Virus record (IMG/VR): IMGVR_UViG_3300035698_027542
Location: 2,787 to 66,786 of that record
Direction: 5' to 3' (one strand)
From: a virus
Length of the DNA: 64,000 nucleotides
Below, in pieces: positions 57,802 through 64,000 of this stretch (positions are counted from its first letter, which is position 1; each line of letters starts with the position of its first letter). The position numbers were made by a program, and so were the translations under genes. Under the pieces are notes generated by a model. That model was not told the origin of the DNA, did no database searches, and was given only the letters and a program-made list of their open reading frames with translations.

Positions 57802-58173
57802 ATGAATTGGTATAAAAAAGCAAAACAGACACCTGAATTAGAAGCAATCTTCGAAAAATGGAGAGACCAAGGAGTAACTCTTTATGTTTTTGAACAAATT
57901 GATAAAATTCTTGTTGATTCTCTTATAGTTCCAAAAGAAAAAAGAAAACAAGGAATAGGAACTCAAATAATGCAAGAATTAACAAATTATGCTGATAAGA
58001 TTGGAAAAAGATTAGAATTAAGTCCAGGTCAAAAAGATGATTATCATGGGACTACTTCCAAAGGAAGATTAATTAATTTTTATAAAAGATTTGGACTTAT
58101 AGAAAATAGAGGTAGAAACAAAGATTTTACAACGAATAGGACTATGTATAGGGAACCAAATGAATTGGTATAA
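57802..58173 (+). CDS. GNAT acetyltransferase with MNWYKKA leader
   Basis: VPKEKRKQGIGT acetyl-CoA motif; L.NFYKRFG; start moved to ATG 57802. Confidence 0.8.
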   Translation: MNWYKKAKQTPELEAIFEKWRDQGVTLYVFEQIDKILVDSLIVPKEKRKQGIGTQIMQELTNYADKIGKRLELSPGQKDDYHGTTSKGRLINFYKRFGLIENRGRNKDFTTNRTMYREPNELV

Positions 58174-58549
58174 AAAAGCACAAAATCAAAAAACATTAGA
58201 AGAAAATCCTCATTATATGGATATAGGACATCCCCAAGAACAACCAGAAATTGAAAGTCCTATGTTTTTATGGATATCAGATTTAGCAGGAAATAATTTT
58301 CATAAAACAGAAGCAGATCCAGAATATGACCATAGTGGATTCATACATGATATAGGATTTGACAATGCTTCTACAATTAATGGAAGATTTGATGCAAATA
58401 AAAATGTTGTCTCTTTGTATATTGATTCTGAAATTGCTACCACTATAAGATATATCCCCAATCGTCTTATAAGTAGATTACAACAGGAATTTGGTAATAA
58501 TATTACAATAATAGATTATTCAAGAAACCCTCCAAAAATAGTAGTTTAA
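58160..58549 (+). CDS. Hypothetical protein with MNWYKKA leader
   Basis: 129-aa ORF (YMDIGH, GRFD). Confidence 0.65.
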   Translation: MNWYKKAQNQKTLEENPHYMDIGHPQEQPEIESPMFLWISDLAGNNFHKTEADPEYDHSGFIHDIGFDNASTINGRFDANKNVVSLYIDSEIATTIRYIPNRLISRLQQEFGNNITIIDYSRNPPKIVV

Positions 58550-58556
58550 GGATAAT

Positions 58557-59096
58557 ATGAATTGGTATAAAAATATATTGACAAGTGATTATAGAAATGA
58601 TATAATTCCAAATATGGATAAAAAGATGATCATAATGAGGGGAACACCTGCCTCAGGAAAAAGTTTTTTAGCTAATCAATTAGTAGGAGAAGCAGGAGAA
58701 ATCTTCTCAGCAGATGATTTTCATACAAATCCAGAGACTGGAGAATATAATTGGAAACCAGAAAATGTAAAAAGATCTCATCAGTGGAACCATGAAAGAG
58801 TTAATAAGGCTATAGAAGAAGGAATCTCTCCTATTGTTATCGATAATACCCATATTAAACTATGGGAACTTAAAGCATTAAAACCTCTTGTTCAAAAAGC
58901 GCAAACACAAGGTTATGATATAAGAATAGAAGAACCCAATCCCAACTGGTATCACTGGAACACTGCTTTTGACCCTAAGGCCCTATATGAAAGAAACAAA
59001 GAAACACATAATGTTCCATTTGAATCAATTGAAAAAATGGTTAAAAACTATCAACCAGATATTACTGTTGATGATATTTTAAAAGAAGAAAATTAA
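58557..59096 (+). CDS. P-loop kinase (AAA_33/N4BP2 polynucleotide-kinase-like) with MNWYK leader
   Basis: IMRGTPASGKS, SADDF, VIDNTH, RN..HNVP. Confidence 0.8.
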   Translation: MNWYKNILTSDYRNDIIPNMDKKMIIMRGTPASGKSFLANQLVGEAGEIFSADDFHTNPETGEYNWKPENVKRSHQWNHERVNKAIEEGISPIVIDNTHIKLWELKALKPLVQKAQTQGYDIRIEEPNPNWYHWNTAFDPKALYERNKETHNVPFESIEKMVKNYQPDITVDDILKEEN

Positions 59097-59704
59097 ACTT
59101 TTATTGTTTGAGAAAGAATATTTTTTATTTTAATTTCTTCTGTTTTGTACCATCCTGTTGGCATTCCACCGAAACATTGATCTAAATAAAAACAATAATG
59201 GTTATACCAATTTTTCCGAATATGTTCTGATAATTTATTTACTTTTCTTTTTTCTGTGCCAGTAGTTATATTAGCATATTTTTCTGCTTCTTTATTAACA
59301 TCTTCTGATTCTTTCTTACTTGTACAAATAGGTCCCCAATGAACCAACTTCCTATCTCTAGAAATAGCCCAACAATCAACATTATATTTTGCAAAAGCTA
59401 AAAACTGTTTACTAAATTTTATTGCCAACGGGTCATAACCTTGATTTTCTAAATAACTATCAGAACAATAACTCTTAATTATTTTATTATCTATAGATAA
59501 TAGATCTCCTGAGTGAAAAGATGTTTTAACCAAAACGTCTATATCTTTTATCCTCACATTCGGCTTGTCTATATTTTTAGAATATGATCCCCACAAATGA
59601 ACAGATTTCACTCCCCTTACGCCCTTAAGAGAAGCTATAGTTTCTTTAATATGTGGTTGAACATCTTTTATTTTAGGCATACATTTTTCGTACCATGAAC
59701 TCAA
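59093..59704 (-). CDS. Pol-beta superfamily nucleotidyltransferase with MSSWYEK leader variant
   Basis: LWGSY........DIDV. Confidence 0.65.
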   Translation of the reverse strand: MSSWYEKCMPKIKDVQPHIKETIASLKGVRGVKSVHLWGSYSKNIDKPNVRIKDIDVLVKTSFHSGDLLSIDNKIIKSYCSDSYLENQGYDPLAIKFSKQFLAFAKYNVDCWAISRDRKLVHWGPICTSKKESEDVNKEAEKYANITTGTEKRKVNKLSEHIRKNWYNHYCFYLDQCFGGMPTGWYKTEEIKIKNILSQTIKV

Positions 59705-59827
59705 TATAAATCTCCATAAATTATATTATACCTATTATTCGACTAAAAATATAAGATTCCTTTATTACTAATAACAAATCTCTTATTTTCCGATATAAAT
59801 AATATTAATATTTAATAAGGTAATATA

Positions 59828-60568
59828 ATGAAAAAAAAGATATATGATTTTTTAGATAATGGGAAAAAATATGTTCCGATAATTGCAAAAGAAATTGTTG
59901 ATACATTTAAAAATGAAGCTAATTCAGAAAATGTAGAATATAGTTTTTCAATTGATGGGGAAACAAAAAAAGTAAAAGAAAAAGACTCGAATACATATTT
60001 TGTATTTGATACTGTAGGAGATACATGTTTAGATGATTTTAAAAAATCTCTTACTAATGAAGATCTAGCAGATATAAAGGAGGAGAGCGAAGAAGAAAAG
60101 ATACTAATGGAAGATGTCAGACAATTCCTTTTAAAAATTTGTAATATAATAACTAGCAAATATAAAAATAATCTTCAAAGAACCATTCGTAAGGTTGTCT
60201 TGGGTAACAAATACAAAAAAGAAATAGTCCCTCTTTCTGAAATTCAAGTTGTATCAATTGATGTAGCAGATTATTCTTCTGTCCCAGAATCATGTAAATA
60301 TATTTTAAGAATAGGGAAAATGCCTGGTTCTGAAATTAATACCGATGAAGTTATTAATTTTGTTCAAAATCGTCAAGAAACAACAGGGATGGATATAGAC
60401 AGTATCTTTTCTATTGAAAAACAAGCAGGTAATCCTTTATTTGAAAATGTTTTAGTTATCGAGGCAACAAGAAAATTCTTAAATGAGATTTCTATATACT
60501 TTTTTGTTGATTACTCTGTAGTTGTAGGTAATAAAGAAGAAACACTTGAAAGTGAAAGTAAGACTTGA
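59828..60568 (+). CDS. Hypothetical protein
   Basis: 246-aa ORF. Confidence 0.6.
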   Translation: MKKKIYDFLDNGKKYVPIIAKEIVDTFKNEANSENVEYSFSIDGETKKVKEKDSNTYFVFDTVGDTCLDDFKKSLTNEDLADIKEESEEEKILMEDVRQFLLKICNIITSKYKNNLQRTIRKVVLGNKYKKEIVPLSEIQVVSIDVADYSSVPESCKYILRIGKMPGSEINTDEVINFVQNRQETTGMDIDSIFSIEKQAGNPLFENVLVIEATRKFLNEISIYFFVDYSVVVGNKEETLESESKT

Positions 60569-60574
60569 TATAAT
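60546..60574 (+). promoter_or_regulatory. Sigma70-type promoter with AGTGAAAG element
   Basis: TTGAAA-N17-TATAAT. Confidence 0.7.
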
Positions 60575-60723
60575 GTAGGGATAGTTAAAGGTGTAGATAC
60601 GATCCATAAATTACTATGCAATGTTCGCCAGTTGGCAGATGAGAATCTGTAAAATCCTTAACGGATGGATATTTAGGACCATTCAGGCAAACGCATATAG
60701 GGTGGAGAATCGGGAATCCCTAC
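60575..60723 (+). ncRNA. Putative structured ncRNA
   Basis: GTAGGGAT/ATCCCTAC terminal inverted repeat with nested stems; directly upstream of a tRNA-like gene. Confidence 0.4.
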
Positions 60724-60735
60724 TTTAACTATAAC

Positions 60736-60806
60736 GCCTTGACCTCATTGGCTGAGAAAGGTTTTTCCGAAAAACCTTCATAAGGGTTCGAGTCCCTTTC
60801 AAGGCA
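60736..60806 (+). tRNA. Non-canonical tRNA-like RNA, anticodon CCG (Arg)
   Basis: Acceptor GCCTTGA/TCAAGGC; T arm AAGGG-TTCGAGT-CCCTT; 7-bp anticodon stem. Confidence 0.6.
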
Positions 60807-60885
60807 GTAAAAGGTTTTTCTTGCATTTAGAATAATATATGATATAATGAAGAAAATAATATTTTTTAATTAGTGGAGACCTAAA

Positions 60886-60987
60886 ATGGGTAAAAGAACA
60901 GGTGTAAAACCTCATACAAGAAAAGTAAAAACAGCAACAGGATCGACAAAAACCATAAAAGTTAAAAGATCTGTTAGAAATAAGTAA
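60886..60987 (+). CDS. Small basic protein (33 aa)
   Basis: MGKRTGVKPHTRKVKTATGSTKTIKVKRSVRNK; GGAG RBS; upstream TTGCAT-N16-TATAAT promoter. Confidence 0.55.
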   Translation: MGKRTGVKPHTRKVKTATGSTKTIKVKRSVRNK

Positions 60988-60991
60988 ATAA

Positions 60992-61062
60992 GCAAATATA
61001 GTATAACGGCATTATATGGCCTTCCCAAGGCTAAGATTCGGGTCCGATTTTCGCTTTTTTTA
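60992..61062 (+). pseudogene. Degenerate tRNA-Gly(CCC)
   Basis: D arm TAGTATAACGGCATTAT and anticodon arm TGGCC-TTCCCAA-GGCTA intact; T arm and 3' acceptor strand decayed. Confidence 0.55.
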
Positions 61063-61077
61063 TGTCCAAAAATCACT

Positions 61078-61105
61078 TGACAAAATAGAGAGAAAGTAGT
61101 ATAAT
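61078..61105 (+). promoter_or_regulatory. Sigma70-type promoter
   Basis: TTGACA followed by TATAAT at canonical (16-17 nt) spacing. Confidence 0.75.
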
Positions 61106-61111
61106 ATTCAA

Positions 61112-61678
61112 ATGGATGATAACCCTTCAAAAATATATCTGATCACAGATAGCCATTTTTCTCATGTCCTTATGCAGCAATACTGCAACAGACCTCCTGA
61201 CTTTGACCAGAAGATAATAAATCAATGGCAAGCAACAGTTTCCCCCCAAGATATAGTTTATCACTTAGGAGATGTAACTTGGGGGAGTCAAGGTCAATTA
61301 CAACAGATAATGAATGGACTACCTGGAACTAAAATCCTTATTAGGGGGAATCATGATAGAAATCACTCTAATAATTGGTTTATTCAAGCAGGATTTGCTG
61401 CTGTTCTAGAAAAAGCTCAAGTAAGTGGAGTTATTTTATCTCATTTTCCAGCTGCTCTAACTCAAGAAGAGATTGATTACGGAATTATTAATATTCACGG
61501 ACATTTCCATAATAATCCTCCAGAAAAATGGGAACAGAAGTCAAAAGACAAAATCACTTCTAATCATTTTTTATTAAGTATAGAAGATGTAGGATATAGG
61601 CCAATATCCCTTGAAAAAGCCCGAAAAAGACAATTTGTAAAAAATTCTAAAAAACTACTTGAAAGTGAAAGTAAATAG
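61112..61678 (+). CDS. Calcineurin-like metallophosphoesterase
   Basis: TDSHF, HLGD, RGNHD, SHFP, HGHFH. Confidence 0.88.
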   Translation: MDDNPSKIYLITDSHFSHVLMQQYCNRPPDFDQKIINQWQATVSPQDIVYHLGDVTWGSQGQLQQIMNGLPGTKILIRGNHDRNHSNNWFIQAGFAAVLEKAQVSGVILSHFPAALTQEEIDYGIINIHGHFHNNPPEKWEQKSKDKITSNHFLLSIEDVGYRPISLEKARKRQFVKNSKKLLESESK

Positions 61679-61735
61679 AGTATAAATAAGAGAGTATGTT
61701 ATTAACCACTAATTTTAATTTAGTATGAGGTAGAA

Positions 61736-62029
61736 ATGAGTAATGTGAAGAGTAAGGCAAAAGGCGTTGCTGTAATTGCTAAGCACGTAAGGAAGTTCCA
61801 AGGCATTATTGATGGACTGCAAAAGGGTATTGATCTTTGTGAGAAAGAAATTGGCTCTAACAGCGAGACTATTGATCTTCTTACAATCAAAAACAAAGAT
61901 ATTGAAGATTCAAAAGCCCAGGCGTCAACGTTTAGAACCAATTTGGACAACATGTTAAATGTTCCTCCCGCTTCAGAAGAAAAAGATGAAGAGGAAGAAA
62001 AAAAAGAGGAAGAAAAAAAAGAGGAATAA
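61736..62029 (+). CDS. Hypothetical coiled-coil protein with acidic tail
   Basis: GAGGT RBS; own promoter at 61659-61686. Confidence 0.6.
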   Translation: MSNVKSKAKGVAVIAKHVRKFQGIIDGLQKGIDLCEKEIGSNSETIDLLTIKNKDIEDSKAQASTFRTNLDNMLNVPPASEEKDEEEEKKEEEKKEE

Positions 62030-62066
62030 GAGAAGCAAACTATTAATTTAATACAGATAAGATAGG

Positions 62067-62137
62067 TGCCCTTTAGTGTAATGGCAGCACGAAACGTTCT
62101 GAGCGTTTTAGTTTTGGTTCAAATCCAAAAGGGGCAG
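62067..62137 (+). tRNA. tRNA-Gln(CTG)
   Basis: TGCCCTT/AGGGGCA acceptor; AAACG-TTCTGAG-CGTTT anticodon arm; TTTGG-TTCAAAT-CCAAA T arm; no encoded CCA. Confidence 0.88.
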
Positions 62138-62162
62138 TTAATTATCAAAAGGAAAATTATGA

Positions 62163-62537
62163 GTGATAACACGAACAATTTGGAGTCGGACCCGTACGAT
62201 CAGCGATTGTACGGACTATTTAAAAATAGGGACAATTGTGGATGTTTCAAGAAAGATTGCAGCAGGTATCGTGAGATGTCTGCACGAAAAGAAAGGCATG
62301 TCTATTGAAGATATAGCTAAGGCTATGTCCACAACTCCCACTCATATCCAAGAAGTCATTAATAAAAAAACAACTCTACAATCAGAAAATATTGATAATT
62401 ATCTTCAAAATAATAATCTTAGATTCTGGGAATTTGCTATTGAAATAATCCCTATGGAGTATCTCTCACCAGAGACAAAAAAAAAGATCCAAATATGCAA
62501 AGAAATAACAGCACATATAAAGAAGAAAAAGATTTAA
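62163..62537 (+). CDS. XRE-like HTH protein (start uncertain)
   Basis: KGMSIEDIAKAMSTTPTHIQEV. Confidence 0.55.
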   Translation: MITRTIWSRTRTISDCTDYLKIGTIVDVSRKIAAGIVRCLHEKKGMSIEDIAKAMSTTPTHIQEVINKKTTLQSENIDNYLQNNNLRFWEFAIEIIPMEYLSPETKKKIQICKEITAHIKKKKI

Positions 62538-62635
62538 AAAAGACTTGAAAGTGAATGTGTTTTCTGTTACAATACTATCGTTAGTAATAATAGAATAATA
62601 ATAAACGATAAATAATGACTATATAAGGACTTATA

Positions 62636-63286
62636 ATGTATTGTATGCTTGAGAAATATTTTGGTTGTGAATGTTCTTGTTTAAACCATATTTCTCGATT
62701 TGGATATTTTCCACCTAAAGAAGGAGAAAAAATAGATGAAGAAGAAAATGTTATTTATCTTTCTGTAAAAACGGAAAATTATCTTAACAGAATTTTACCT
62801 CCTATTATTTCTAATCCTCTTTATTGGTTAGATGAGTTTAGTCGTTATTTTCGTTTTCATATTTTAAGAAGAATTCCTATTGCTTTATCTTATCTTTTTA
62901 GTCCCTACTATTCTAGAAAATATGGAGTATTAGATTGTTTTGATTTTCAGGATAAGGATTTGCCAGAAATAAAAGAATTTCTTTCTCACTTAACAGAGGA
63001 AGAAGAAACAATAGAAAAAGTAGAAGATTCTATTCTTTGGCTGAGTAATGAAAAATGGCAATTAAAATTATATATTTATAGACTTGGTGATGACCATCTT
63101 TTTTGTTTAGGATGGGGAATCCAATTTCTTTCTAGAACAATTTTAGGTAGAATTAAATATGCTTTAAAATATATTTTTGGAAGAATTAGAGATGAACAAG
63201 ATTTTAAAATAAATAAAGAAGAAACAAAAGTAATCAAAGGCTTAATAACTGCTGTAGGAAAATTAAATGAAACAAATAACTCCTAA
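62636..63286 (+). CDS. Hypothetical protein
   Basis: AAGGA RBS; promoter TTGAAA-N17-TACAAT at 62545-62573; internal RIxxALxYxF repeat. Confidence 0.6.
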   Translation: MYCMLEKYFGCECSCLNHISRFGYFPPKEGEKIDEEENVIYLSVKTENYLNRILPPIISNPLYWLDEFSRYFRFHILRRIPIALSYLFSPYYSRKYGVLDCFDFQDKDLPEIKEFLSHLTEEEETIEKVEDSILWLSNEKWQLKLYIYRLGDDHLFCLGWGIQFLSRTILGRIKYALKYIFGRIRDEQDFKINKEETKVIKGLITAVGKLNETNNS

Positions 63287-63878
63287 TATTGTAGAATTCT
63301 GTAGTGATTGTCCTTATTGCAAATTAAGAATAACAGGATTTCTTTGCGATTTAGAATTTGAAAAAACAATTACTAATAAAACAGATCAGATTGATGTCAT
63401 AATTCCCGATTGGTGCCCACTAGACGACTATAAAGATCCAGGAGTAAAAGTGGGTGTATCTGTTGTTATAATTAGGGATAAGAAAGTATTAATAGGAGAA
63501 AGAGGAGAAGAAGTAGAAACTGCTAAAAATAAATATGCTTTTCCTGGTGGGAGAATGGATTTTGGAGAAAAAAGAATTGAGACAGCTTTGGTTAGAGAGA
63601 TTAAAGAAGAAACAGGTTTAGTTATAGAAGAAGAGGAATTGATATTTCTTCGTCCTGTAAATGAATTTTTTCCAGATGAAAATAAGCACTATGTAAGTTT
63701 AATTTATCTTTTATACCTTAAAGACGAAGCTGGAGAACCCAAACCAATAGAAGGAAAGGAAAAATGTAAGGGATGGGAATGGTTCGATCCTGATACTCTC
63801 CCTGAAAATATTTTCATACATGCAAAAGAAATCATCAATTTATCATATAGTTTAATAAAGAAGAATATAAAGAAATGA
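63267..63878 (+). CDS. Nudix hydrolase with N-terminal Cys-rich segment
   Basis: GGRMDFGE...ETALVREIKEETG; EKCKGWEWF (NUDT15-like). Confidence 0.88.
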   Translation: MKQITPNIVEFCSDCPYCKLRITGFLCDLEFEKTITNKTDQIDVIIPDWCPLDDYKDPGVKVGVSVVIIRDKKVLIGERGEEVETAKNKYAFPGGRMDFGEKRIETALVREIKEETGLVIEEEELIFLRPVNEFFPDENKHYVSLIYLLYLKDEAGEPKPIEGKEKCKGWEWFDPDTLPENIFIHAKEIINLSYSLIKKNIKK

Positions 63879-64000
63879 AAAGAGATGACGCCGAATTTAT
63901 GGAAAGGATAAGCCTTGATCTGGAGACTCGGCGCATGGCATGTAGTATCCTTGGCGTCGAGGATATAGCCAGTAGAAAAGAACTTAAAAAAGCTTATCGG
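63875..64000 (+). CDS. J-domain (DnaJ-like) protein, truncated by window end
   Basis: Manual translation ...ACSILGVEDIASRKELKKAYR. Confidence 0.7.
   Translation, partial: MKRDDAEFMERISLDLETRRMACSILGVEDIASRKELKKAYR

Noticed and set aside
60912-61130. 72-aa minus-strand ORF
   Set aside because: Antisense reading of the degenerate tRNA-Gly and the microprotein gene
62066-62308. 80-aa plus-strand ORF
   Set aside because: 5' part is tRNA-Gln. ATG 62159 has an RBS but overlaps the HTH frame, so the true start cannot be resolved

Overview
AT-rich 64-kb segment of a large (jumbo-type) tailed dsDNA phage; ORFs read normally in genetic code 11. Positions 1-44.2 kb are on the minus strand. They hold a head module (HK97-fold major capsid protein, decoration protein, ~1850-aa prohead protease/scaffold, intein-containing portal, terminase large subunit), dUTPase, an intein-containing class II ribonucleotide reductase, a macro domain and a FliA/WhiG-like sigma factor. 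Positions 44.5-64 kb are mostly plus strand: PncB, NadE, RNA ligase, CoaB-like, methyltransferase, Nudix, phosphoesterase, a J-domain gene and tRNA/tRNA-like genes. Homing endonucleases are scattered throughout. The most striking unexplained signal is a set of unrelated proteins (Acb1-like 2H phosphodiesterase, ADP-ribosyltransferase-like, GNAT, P-loop kinase, nucleotidyltransferase, HTH) that share an N-terminal leader MNWYKKA. A second leader family, MKIIK(T/S)xx(F/Y), occurs in the head module. The MNWY loci lie behind the same AAGG-N17-(C/A)GAA promoter motif as several head-module genes, and K-x-A motifs recur through the head proteins. I infer a leader-based capsid-loading and protease-maturation system for injected effector cargo. 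Also notable are twin promoter/terminator-bounded small RNAs with an identical 29-nt core, a tRNA-like RNA with Pyl-like geometry, capsid- and portal-like segments in unrelated proteins, a likely -1 frameshift, and a G-quadruplex-type repeat near the strand switch. All family calls come from motif recognition by eye; no searches were run.
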